Source: Hemiscyllium ocellatum
Lineage: Eukaryota
NCBI RefSeq assembly: GCF_020745735.1
Contig: NW_026867443.1
Span: 310,001 to 361,685 of the forward strand
Reading direction: 5' to 3'
Length of the DNA stretch: 51,685 nucleotides
Shown: piece by piece, positions 23,873-35,510 of the stretch
Position numbering within the stretch: the stretch's first letter is position 1
Layout of the letters: the number at the start of each line of letters is the position of its first letter
The notes under the pieces: model-generated
Databases searched by the model: none
What the model was told of the DNA's origin: nothing
Seen by the model: the letters and a program-made list of their open reading frames with translations, nothing else
Program-made: the position numbers and the translations under genes

Positions 23873-24010
23873 TGAACAATGCCTGTTTATTTCTGGGCTT
23901 TGTTAGGTATTGGCTACAAATGTTCAAATGGATTGTTTTGCCAGTGAATGTTCAGAGAGTTAAAATCAGTTTGAATAAAAGGGATTAAAATTGTTTCTCT
24001 TGTCTTTCAG

Positions 24011-24339
24011 GCCGTGAGAACTCTCAGCCCAAGCTGACCCTGCTGCCCCCCTCCCTGGAGCAGGTCAATGCCAAGGGCACTGCCACCCTGGTGTGTCTTG
24101 CCAATCACTTCTATCCCGATGAGCTGGAGGTGCAGTGGAAGAAGGATGGTGCAGTCATTTCGGACGGGGTTCAGACCAGCAACTACCTGCGAGCTTTGGA
24201 CAGCACCTACAGTGTCAGCAGCCTGCTGACCCTCTCTGGGTCTGACTGGGAGTCCGACGCTCGCTTCTCCTGTGCCCTCACCCACGTGACCCTCCCCTCT
24301 CCCCTCAGCAAGAGCATCAGGAGATCAGAATGCATGTAG
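24011..24339 (+). CDS. IGKC: Ig kappa constant exon, copy 1 (intact)
   Basis: Acceptor TCTTTCAG|GC (phase 1); RENSQPKLTLLPPSLEQVNAKGTATLVCLANHFYPDELEVQWKKDG...YSVSSLLTL...FSCALTHVTLPSPLSKSIRRSECM*; canonical C, W, C and penultimate interchain Cys present. Confidence 0.97.
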
Positions 24340-24865
24340 TGTGTTCAAGACAGTCCACAGAGGAGACACAACTTTAAATAGAACAGGGCTGAGCTGGCAG
24401 GACAAAGGTCATTGTCAGAACTGAATTTCAACTCTCTTCCTTCTCAGGACCAGCTCAGAGACATTTCTGAGGTTCAGGGGTTAAGGCAGGTCATTGGGAC
24501 AGAGTAGATAGAGATTTACGCTGTGTCAAACCCCATGCTGTCCCTGTTCTGGGAGTGTTTGGCGGGGGCAGAGTTGACTTGTGATGCCAAGTAAAATCTC
24601 TTGAAGTTGCTAAAGACTGTCAGCTGTACAAAACAATGTGAACCTCAGAAGTCTCTGTTTCAGTAAACCAGATCTCCTTCCTGCTCAGCCGCCAGTTCCA
24701 ATTTAAGGTTTTGTCACTGTTTAAAGGGACAGGATTCTCGTGCTATTGAGAAAATCTCCACAAGTGTTTTCCTCAAGCTCCAATGTGGCTGTGAATTTGT
24801 GCAGCTTCCTCTGTCTGGGCTGTTAATTGCAGTCTGTTTTCTGTCAATGTCAATCTGGAAAAGGG

Positions 24866-24871
24866 AATAAA
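24866..24871 (+). terminator. Polyadenylation signal of C copy 1
   Basis: AATAAA about 530 nt after the stop, conserved at the same place after copy 2. Confidence 0.7.
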
Positions 24872-25094
24872 GATGAAGAAGATTCAGTCTCTGTCTCTGT
24901 GCGCTTTAGAAATTGACCACTCCATTCAGCTGATTGGCTGCATTTCAGCATGGCATTGTCACAATTGGCTCATTGGCCTGTCAATCAATGACACATCCGT
25001 TGTAGAGGATACTGACAGCCAATCATCAATCACTTTCAAATGATCCCTTTGATCTGGAATCACTTGAGGTTACAAGATTCCAAACAGATTTCCA

Positions 25095-26455
25095 TTAATG
25101 ACCACCTGGACCATCTCTGACACCTCCCTCCCCTTCCTGGACCACTCCATCTTCATTAATGATGACCGACTTGACACTGACATTTTATACAAATCTACTG
25201 ACACCAAGGATTACACCTCATCCCAACCTACCTCTTGCAAAAATGTCATCCCATATTCCCAATTCCTCCGCCTCCACCATATCTGCTCCTAGGAGGACCT
25301 GTTCCACCAAAGAACACACCAGATGGCCTCCTTATTTAGAGACTGCAATTTCTCTTCCCACGGGTTCAAAGATGCGCTCCAACGCAGTTTGTCCACATCC
25401 CACCCCTCCAACTGTAACAAGGACAGAATCCCCCTGGTGCTCACCTTCCACCCTACCAACCTTCGCATAAACCACATCATCCGATGACATTTCCGCCACC
25501 TCCAAACGGACTCCACCACCAGGGATATATTTCCTCCCCACCCATTCCTGCTTTCCGCAAAGACCGTTCCATCCGTGACTACCTGGTCAGGTCCACGTCC
25601 CCCAACAACCCACCCTCCCTTCCTGGCACCCTCCCCTGCCACCGCAGGAATTGCAAAACCTGCGACCACACCTCCTCCCTCATCTCCATCTAAGGCCCCA
25701 AAAGAGCCTTCCACATCCATCAAATTTTTATCTGCACATCCACCAATATCATTTATTGTATCCGTTGCACCCGATGCAGTCTCCTCTATATTGGGGAGAC
25801 TGGACGCCTCCTTGAATAGTACTTTAGGGAACATCTCAGGGACAAGCACACCAATCAACCCCACTGCCCTGTGGCCCAACATTTCAACTCCCCCTCCCAC
25901 CTTGTCGAGGACATGCAAGTCCTAGGCCTCCTCCACCACTGCTCTCTCACCACCTGACGCCTGGAGGAAGAACGCCTCATCTTCCACCTCCAAACACTTC
26001 AATCCCATGGCATCAATGTGGATTTCACCAGCTTCCTCATTTCACCTTCCCACACCTCACCCCAGCTCCAACGTTCCAGCCTCAGCACCATCCTCATGAC
26101 CTGTCCTACCTGCTTATCTACCTTTCCACCTGTCCACTCCACCCTCCTCTCTGACCTATCATCTCCATCCCCACCTGAATTCACCTATTGTACTCTTTGC
26201 TACCTTCCCCCACCCTCCTCTCTGACCTATCACCTCGGTCCCCACCCCATTCACCTATTATACTCTATGCTACTTTCTCCCCAACCCCCTCATATTTATC
26301 TCTCCACTCTGCACCACCCTACTTCTATTCCTGATGAAGGGATTTTGCCCGAAACATTGATTTTCCTTCTCCATGGATGCTGCCTGACCTGCTGTGCTTT
26401 TCCAGCACCACTCTGATCTAGCCTCTGGTTTCCAGCATCTGCGGTCCTTGTTTTT
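25095..26455 (+). mobile_element. Penelope-like element: RT C-terminus, GIY-YIG endonuclease, 3' terminus (decayed)
   Basis: LPFLD..ILYKSTD..IPYSQFLRLHHICS; PLVLTFHP; CKTC; IIYCIRCTRCSLLYIGET; RLEEERLIF; degenerate hammerhead core at 26331-26354. Confidence 0.9.
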
Positions 26456-27989
26456 ACCGAGAAACAGAAAGCTGTTAGGACTCAATAATTACAATCTTCG
26501 ACATTCCCTCTTCACTCTGTGGTCCACGCTCAGGTGCTGGGATTGCACTCTGCACTCTTTGCTGCATGCTGAGTTGTACCTGAAGTGATCTTAGGCCAAC
26601 CACTAACACTGCAGGCTGTGTGTCCCTCTAAGTGCGAGTATACTACATAATGATGCCTGTAGGTGCCACTCTGAGTATGTGTGTGATATTCAAACGAGTC
26701 AATCTAGAAGGAAATGAACAGCAGAGTTTGTTTTCTCTGTTGAATAAATTCACCTTGTTTGCTCCTCTGGGCAACTGAATAAGGGGCGAGGCTTGTGTCT
26801 TATAATAAACCTATTTGATTATAACCTGGTGTCGTATGATTTTTGACCTTGTCCTCTGATCACTTTCAGGTTATTCCCACGAGCACTGCATGTTCTTGCT
26901 TCTCCAGGCCAAGAGGCGGCGATCTTGACAATGGATTTGACAATGGTCTCCATCAGAGAGGACCCACAAATCAGGGACAGCGATCAGAGATTACAGGACC
27001 CGCTCTTGCTCCTCAGTCCCAGACCCGAGCACAACGGGCCCCCTGGGGTCCCGTTGTTGTGTCCCGGGCCCTGTACATAATACAAATGGGGCAACTGATC
27101 CTTCTGATTTTTCCCAACCTCACCAGGTCTCCACAGTCACTGAGATTATTTAAAGGCAGCCTTTGCCAATGAAGGACCCTGACTGATGGGAAACAGACTG
27201 AAATGGGTCAATAATACAGTATTAGGGAGTTACAGATGCAGATTGCAAAATAGAAATCTGATGCTGTGGCTCTAACAGAAATCGGGCGGGACTGGGAATT
27301 CCTGGATACAAGGTGTTCAGTAAAGATAGGAAAGAAGGAAAACTACGGGAAGTGGTGGGATTGTTCTGGAACCAGACAGGACTGACCAACCTTAGGCCCT
27401 GAGATATGATGGAGATGAAGGGTGAACTCTACTGGGCTTTAACTCACTGATACCAGAGTAAAACAGGGATTACCCATTTCACAAGAGAGTAAGTGGAACT
27501 AACAAACCAGGTGCATGTGAAACACCCACCCCATCCCTGAGAGAGGGGAACAGGAACAGGGACATTCTCAGACAGAAAGGTTGTTAAAAACGGTATCACC
27601 TCGAGAGTGAAGGGTGGGGTGGAGACAGTGACAGCGATTCCCCCCAGAGAGTGGGGAAAGTAACACTGACACATTTAAGACTGTATTATCACAAGAGAGA
27701 ATTCAAACAGCCACCCACTCTGTCACACGGTGTTGAAGATGCACTGTCCTCATCATAACACGTTTGAAAACTTCTTCATAACATGTAACGGGAGAGAAAC
27801 ATTGAAAACTGTATTATCACGAGTGAGGATCCATTTAATTCTTGGACCATGATGTTAAATGATCCCAGCTGTAAACAACACTGGTGTATTTACATCATTA
27901 CCTTATTAAACAATATTAAAACCTTGGTCAAACATTTTCCTGCAGACAGTGTATTTAAAATATCAAGAGACTTCCCACTTTGTTGGTTT

Positions 27990-30900
27990 TTTTTAGATAT
28001 TTTTATTAGAAATTTAACATTTTTACAAATTTACAAAAATAAACAAAACTCTCAAATTTAAACATTGATGTACAATTAAATACACTAGTCAAAATTTAAC
28101 AAAGAAAAGAAAGAAAAAAAAAATAAAAACTCAACTTTCTATTAATCTAACCTATAACTAACCAGAGTGTATACTTAAGTCTCTGACATGCTCGGAATGT
28201 ATTAACATCAAACATAATAAAACCCGTATTCGTGCGGGATTCCTCTCCCAAGGGGCCCCGGAGCAGCCAGGTTTGTAATCTTCACTAAATAAAGGCCCTT
28301 GTTAGGATGGCCGAAATATCTGCATTTATGTAATTCAAAAAGGGCTGCCATATTTTATAAAATAATTCAGTCTTTCGGTGCACCATATTTGTAAGGAAGT
28401 CAAGGGGAATACATTCCATAATTAATCTGTGCCAATTTGAAAGTCCAGGGGAGCCCTCAGCCACCCAGTTCACCAAAATATTTTTCCTTGCACAGAAAGA
28501 GAGAATAGAAAATAGTCTCTTCCCGTGCGTATCCAGGGAGGAAAAGTTCGAAAAGCCCAAAAGGAGAGATATAGGGTCCACTCTAATTTCCGTTCCTAAA
28601 ATTTCTGTCACTTTAGTCCAATATCTACGGATCTTATGACAAGTCCATAGGCAATGTACAAGAGTGCCCACCTCTATTTTGCATTTGGGACACATTGGAG
28701 ATGCTCCTGCCTTAAATTTTGCCAAATGAGCCTTTGCTATATGGGCCCTATGAAGTATCTTCAGCTGGATAGCCTGGGTTCTGTTACAGATAGTAATTCT
28801 TCTAGCATTTTCCCAAATATCATTCCACGTTTCTTTAGAGATTTCTAGTCCCAAATCCTGATCCCATGTTTTAAGCAGATTGTCCATATCTCCCGACACT
28901 TCATCATGGAGTAAATGATAAATAGTACTGACGGATGATACCCCAAATGGTCGTAGGACATTACATTCTCTATCTGATTTATAAAGACTATCTATTAAAG
29001 TAGTCTTCTTCTGTATATAATCTCGAATTTGGAAGTATCGAAAGAGGTCTCCATTGGGTAATCCGAATTTCTGACGCAGCTGTTCAAAGGACATCAGGAC
29101 CCCATCTTTAAATAGGTCCCCTAAACATGGGATACCCTTGTATCTCCAGAGTTTAAAAGTGGCATCTGTAAACCCCGGTTGGAATCCCCATGCCCCTACT
29201 ATCAGTGCATGGGGGGATGTTTTATGTAAATTACCCTCATTTTGCCGCATTATATTCCAGGCCTTAATTGTGTTTAGTATTATGGTGTTTTTAAAGTGAT
29301 CTGTAATGATTTTCCTCTTGTCTGAAAATAAGAGGTTAATAAGTGGGTATTTTACTTGAGAGGCCGCGATGTCCAGCCAGATTGATTGTGGATCAGACAA
29401 GAGCCAATCAGCTATGTAACTTAATAGGGAACTTAACTGATATTTCCTAAAGTCTGGAAAGTCCAGTCCTCCCCTTGCCTGTGGAAGCTGTAGCTTCTTC
29501 AGCTTAATAAGGGGCCGTCTATGATTCCAGATAAAGGAACCCAGCCAGCCATATAATTTATGTAGGGGCAAAAAACATATCAATTCTTGTATGACCTTTA
29601 TGTGGATTAGAGTAGAAAGACAAATCTCTACCCTGTGGATGAAGACATCTCCATACATCTACCAATCCTAATTCTTTATTCAGATCCGCCAATTGTCTCG
29701 ATCTGGGAGATACTCCGGCAGCACTCTTGGGAATCCTATCTATTTCCGGATCCATAATACAATTAAAGTCTCCCCCTATAATTGTATGACGGGCACCAAA
29801 GGCCATCAATTTTGAAAAAGCTTCCGTTAGAAATTTAGAGGGGTGTGCCGGGGGGCAGTACAAATTTAGAATCCCATATTCCTCTCCATTTACGAGGGCT
29901 TTAATCAAAATATATCGTCCAGATTCGTCATTTATCTGATTTAGAATGTTGAAAGGGAAATTCTTCCGAACAAGAATAACAACTCCCCTGCTTTTTGAGC
30001 TAAAAGAAGAGAGAAAGGCCTGATCAAATCCACCCTGCCGTAATTTTAAGTGTTCTTTATCTGACAGGTGTGTCTCCTGTAGGAGAGCTATATCAACTCT
30101 TTCTTTCTTAAGATTTGATAATCTTTTCTTCCTTTTGACTGGAGAATTACTCCCCTTGACATTCCAGGTGCACCACTTAACCGACTGATCAACCACAATC
30201 ATCTGGGCAGATCCGAGACCCCTTGGGAGGGGAAATCCTATCTGGAACATCCCGAGCATGGAGCATATAGAATTTACAAAAATAAAGGTTCGCTAATACA
30301 CTCACAACAATATAATAAAAAATTATTTCTAAATAACAAAAATATAAAACATACCTAAATGGAGATTTTCCCCCTTGTTCCCAGGGAGCGTCACTTCCTC
30401 TCCAAAAGTCCATCTTATCCTCTCCCAACCAATGCCCCACCCTTGACCCGGGTGCTCCTCAATAAAATGAGGAGAATTCAAATATAATACAAAGCTAGAG
30501 TTAACAGTGAGCACCCTACCCCCATCCACACCAACACCTGGATATATTTTGGAATGTTAATACCATATATAAATATATAACTGTAAAATTACAATCTCAA
30601 CATTTGTATTATTATATCTCAATTAGATATAATAATACAAAATAACAGGGGAGAAACAACCCCGCTCCTAAAGACAGAGGTAAAATAGAATAAGGCAACC
30701 ACCTCCCCCCACCAACATTAACCAATCGCCCCAACATATATATACACACATACATACCCACATATATACATAAAGTAATGAAAGAAAACAAACCCAAGCG
30801 GGGGGGGGGGGCAGGGGGGGGGGGGGGCGGGGGAGAAAATCAATTCCCTCTCCCCGCCCCCCATGATAATATTAAACAATGAGGTTAAAAAAAAGAGAAA

Positions 30901-32009
30901 AAGAAAAAAGAAGGGGTGGATATAGACCAAAGTGGGGGGAAAGGCAAACCAACATCCACAATCTCTTACAGTTTATTTAAGAGAGTCCAAGAATTCCTTA
31001 GCCTTCTCTGGTGATCCGAAGTAAAACATGGATCCTTCGTGGTTAAAGCGTAGCGTCGCTGGATAGCGTAAGCAATACTGAATATTTAAGTCCCTTAAAC
31101 GCTTCTTCACCTCATCGAATGCCCTCCTCTTTCAGACCAGAGCTGGGGAAAAGTCCTGAAATAGCATGATCTTGGATCCTTTTGTAGATCATGGCTTGGG
31201 GATATTTTCCAAGGTTTCTTGAGGCTTCTAGGAGCATCTGCCTCTCTCTATAGCTCTGCAGCTGGAAGAGAACCGGGCGTGGGCGCTGGTTTGAGCCGGG
31301 CCCAAATATTGCGACCCGGTAGGCCCATTCCACCCTTACCTGGCCTGATCCAGCATGCAGATTTAAAAGCTGTGGCAGCCACTGCTCCAGGAATGCTCTA
31401 AGCTGGCCTCCCTCTTCCCGTTCGGGAAGGCCCAGCAACCGAATATTTTTTCAACGAGCTCGATTATCGAGGTCGTCAATATGATTTTCTAAGGTCCGGA
31501 CTCGCTGCTCGAGAGTCCGGACCTGATCCGCGGCCAATTGAGCTGCAGTCTCAGAGGTCGCGGCCTTTAACTCCGCCCCTCTGACTCGGCGCTCCAGTTC
31601 CTGGATGTCTCGGACGTGCTTCTGCAGCGCGGCCGAGAGTGATTCCCAGCGATTTCGGGACTCCTCGATAAAGGCATCGATCTTCGCGTCCAGCTTGGTA
31701 ATCATCTCCACAAGGCTTGTTACCGTCGGTAAGTCCCCCGGGGCTGCTGTGGACGCCTCTGCTGCAGCTGAAGAGGGAGAGGGTGGGGGAGGGGGTCCTG
31801 CTTGTTGAAAGCTGCGGGTTCCCTTCCCTTTGGTCATTTTTACTAAATATTTAACTATTTAAATGTAATATTAAGCAACTATTTAAAGTTAACAGTTATT
31901 ATGAATGATTTGGTGAGTGTGGTGGGGGTGGGTGACCCACTTTACCCAAGTCTTGGGAAGAGCACTATAGATTCAGACTTGCTGGCTCACCGCCATCTTG
32001 GATCCCCCC
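27990..32009 (-). mobile_element. L1-type LINE with both ends and TSD, RT domain deleted
   Basis: 5' CAAGATGGCGG at 31990-32000; ORF1 31837 to about 30965 (one stop, one frameshift); APE ORF to 29558; post-RT region with CCHC to 28285; AATAAA and short poly-A; CCCACTTTGTTGGTTT at 27974-27989 and 32007-32022. Confidence 0.95.
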
Positions 32010-32124
32010 ACTTTGTTGGTTTGATCAGTGACGTAGCAAGGAAGCAGCAGCTGCCCCATGAACTCCAACAAAAGAATGAGAACAGGCTCTTCATACGGAA
32101 CTGGCTCCCGAGAATCCAATTCAA

Positions 32125-32770
32125 CAGCAGGGATCAAAGAACAAGGAACAATACAGCACAGGAACAGGCCCTTCGGCCCTCCAAGCCTGTGCTGACACAT
32201 TGTGCCCTTCCTCACTGAAACTGTCTTCACCTGCAGGATTCATATCCCCCATTCCCGTCCTAATCATGCATTAGTGCAGGTATTTCTTGAATGCTTCTAT
32301 TGTGTCTGCTTCCACCCCCTCCTCTGGCAGTGTGTTCCAGGTACTCAACTCCCTTTGTGTGAAATACTTGCCTCCCACATCTCTTTTAAATTCCCCCACC
32401 TCTGCACCTTGAACCTCTGTTCCCTGATAATTGATCCCTCCAATCTGGAAAATAAACGCCTCATATTTTCCACTCTACCTATGCCGTTCACAACTTTACA
32501 AACTTTTATCAGGTCACGCCTCATTTTCCCCCATTCCAGTGAAAACAAACCCAGTCTATCCAACATTTCTTCAGAACTAAAATCCTTCATACCAGACAAT
32601 ATCCTGGTAAACGTTTTCTGCACCATCTTCAAAGCATCCACATCCTTCTGGTCGTGTGGTGACCAGAACTGTGCGCAATATTCCAAGTGTGGCCGAACTA
32701 AAGTTCGATAAAGCTGCACATAACTTGTTTATCCTTACACTCAATGCCCCTTCCAATGAAGGCAACCCGG
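32125..32770 (-). mobile_element. CR1 3' fragment
   Basis: Reverse ORF LYRTLVRPHLEYCAQFWSP...RRDLIKVCK. Confidence 0.8.
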
Positions 32771-34239
32771 TTTGTCAGATTGAAAGGCCGAGTGTCCTTC
32801 GGATGAGCGCTGGAATCAGCAACAAATTCAATTATACTCAAAGATCTAACAAACGGTTCTCAAAGCGTGTCCCAAACTGCAGAGAGCAGCACTTCAGGCT
32901 TCGCGTCCCCATTTCCATCCTTGCTTGTTGCACTTCCTCACTGTCCTGCAGAGGGCAGTGGTAAGCCATGAGTTTCTTGAAGAGGTTCTGACAGAGGGAC
33001 AAGGTCATGTCCTCGGCCTGAGCACAACTGCCTGACCTGCTGTGCTTTTCCAGCACCACGCTTTTCGACTCCGAGCAAACTATCCCTCAGGAGAATGAGC
33101 TGTGACACAAGAGGAAACGTGGGAGTGTTGGAAAGGCACCGGCAGCCTGGTCAGCCTGCAGAGGGGCAGAAACAGATTTGATGAATGAGCTGATATCCTC
33201 CCGAGCTGAGATGCTGACTCAGGCTTTCAGAGCCACACAGTTTACATTGTTACTGACCATGACTCCATGGGCAATGTTCCTGCCTCATCATCAAAATGGT
33301 CATCGGATTGAAAGCCACCTCAGAAATGAGAACACAGAATCCAGGCTGAGACTGTGGTGCACTGCTGAAAGTTGCACAGTCTCTGGCACCATCATTTGAG
33401 GTTCCACCACCACCACACCCCGACCATCCCCACCCCCACCTCAGGGGGCTCGGCAATATCCCATTCTGAAGAGATTCCCTCGGGTGTCCTGCTCACTATT
33501 CAACTAGTGCCACCAAAACAGATTTGTCTCGTCATTCGTTTACTGTCTGTGGGACCTTAACATCTTGTCCATGAACATGACTGCTCTGTGCTGACAGCTT
33601 TGAATATTCTGAGATGATTTTAAAAACTGCATCAACAAGAGTTCTTTCCTCATTTTCATGTAAAAGGGGAGCAGTGAGCAAGTGAAAATGCACACCGAAG
33701 GCAAACACTGAAGCTTCAGCCAAATGTTTTTTTGCGCCATGTTATCCTGCACCCTGGGCATTTCCTTCCAATGTCCGAGATGGTTATCAGACTGTGAGGG
33801 AGGCTGACAGATCACATGGAATCCTTCAGACAAAGTACACAAGGGCACAGTCCAGGCTTGCTGCAAACATTGGCCTTCCTTCTGTTGAAGGGCTGGGAGA
33901 TTCTCTGTGGCAGTTTCTCATGCACATCCTCCGTGGAATTATCACAGACTCTACTGAAAGGAATCAACCGACAGGGGAGAAGAAAATGGGAAGAAGGGTG
34001 GGCATCAAGATAGGTGGGCGTGTGTGGAAGATTCGGTGCCATTGAAATTCCCAACTGGGTATCACAAGGAAAACTCAAATCATTACTCAGATATAACTGG
34101 GAGAATCCTCACTGACATAAACAGGCTGAGTGTCAGAGACCGCGAGCCTCCGGTGCCTGACTCTCTCTGAGGCATTAGTCAAGGACTGTTCATGTGTCAA
34201 TAAAGGGACACTTGGTGACACGGGGTCATATTATAATCA

Positions 34240-34670
34240 ATGATCGGAGGTGTATAGATTAAAGATAAATGGCCGAAGGTTAAGAGGGAACATAAGGAAA
34301 CACATTTTCACCCAGAGGGTGGTGACAGTCTGGGACTCACTGCCTGGAGAGGTGGTTGAGGCAGAAACCCTCCCATAACATTGAAGTGTTTCAATGTGCA
34401 GCTGTGATGCCAAGGCATACAGGGCTACAGGCCAAGTGCTGGAGCATGGAATTAGAATAGTGAGGTGGATGTTTGACTGGCTTTGGCTCAATGGGGCAAA
34501 GCGCCTTGATCGTGTAGACCTGTTGTAGATGTCTGACTCTGCCAGGACTCCAGCAATGTGGCTGACCCTTACCTGCCATTTGAAAGGCCGAGCAAGCCAC
34601 TCAATTTCAGGGCAGTTAGGGATGGGGAACAAATGCTGGTCTTGCCAGTGACACCCACATCCCAGGAAAG
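34240..34670 (+). mobile_element. CR1 3' fragment followed by SINE 3' tail
   Basis: FTQRVVTVWDSLP motif; tail homologous to 23770-23870. Confidence 0.6.
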
Positions 34671-35099
34671 AATAGATGGATTCAGTGGTAACACCGTCAC
34701 CTGAACCTGCAGGTTTCAAGCCCCACTCCAGACACTGGAGCACTATCCTGAGGCTGGCAAAGACAAAGACGCCATCTGCTGGATGATCGGTTAAACCACT
34801 GCCCTCTCAGGTCGATGTGAATATAAGGGCTTTGTGACCATCTCAGGGAAACTCTCCCCAGTGTGCTGGCCAATGCTTCTCTTAAAACCAATGGTATTAA
34901 AACAGATACAAAACCAAATTACTGCAAATCTCAAATAGAAGCACGATGCTGGAGAAAGGGAACAGGTGCAGCCCCTGTGGGGAGAGGAGGAGTTAGCTTT
35001 TGGGTTCAGTGATGTTTTATCAAAATGGCAGCAAAATTATATTTTATTTAATTTTATGTTGTTTTATATTATTTTATTTAAATTTTGATGAAAAAAAGT

Positions 35100-35450
35100 T
35101 TAGCCTCCTTGATCAGCACCACATCCACACACATCCAGTCCCTCCACACCGACGCTCAGTAACAGCTGTGTGTACGATTTACAAGATGCACTGCAGAGAT
35201 TCACCAAAGATCCTTTGACAACAGCTTCCAAACCCACGACCACTTAAATCAAGGACAAGGGCAGCAAATACATGGGAACGGCACTGCAGCAAGATCCCCT
35301 CCAAGTCATTCACCAGTTTGATTTGGAAATATAACACTGTTCCTCCATCATCACTGGGTCAGAATCCTGGAATTCCATTCCTAAAGGCATTGTGGGTCTA
35401 CCTACCGCACACGGACTGCAGGGGTTCAAGAACTCATCTTAGCAGCACCT
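35100..35450 (+). mobile_element. LINE 3' fragment (CR1/L2 group)
   Basis: AVCTIYKMHC motif and 3' region with a decayed homologue at about 38840-39030. Confidence 0.5.
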
Positions 35451-35510
35451 TGTCCGTGACGATTAAAGATGGACAGTAAAACGGCTGGTAAAAGTACGAG
35501 TTGGCGTGCT

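Noticed and set aside
27024-27068. GC-rich hairpin ACAACGGG...CCCGTTGT
   Set aside because: Only an 8+3 bp stem, single copy, no ncRNA family features.
28285-29658. 457-aa ORF as a host gene
   Set aside because: It is the C-terminal part of L1 ORF2 inside a TSD-flanked insertion.
33100-34230. Several overlapping ORFs and an LTR-like end (AATAAAGGGACACTTGGTGACA)
   Set aside because: No recognisable domain, no paired LTR, PBS or TSD found.
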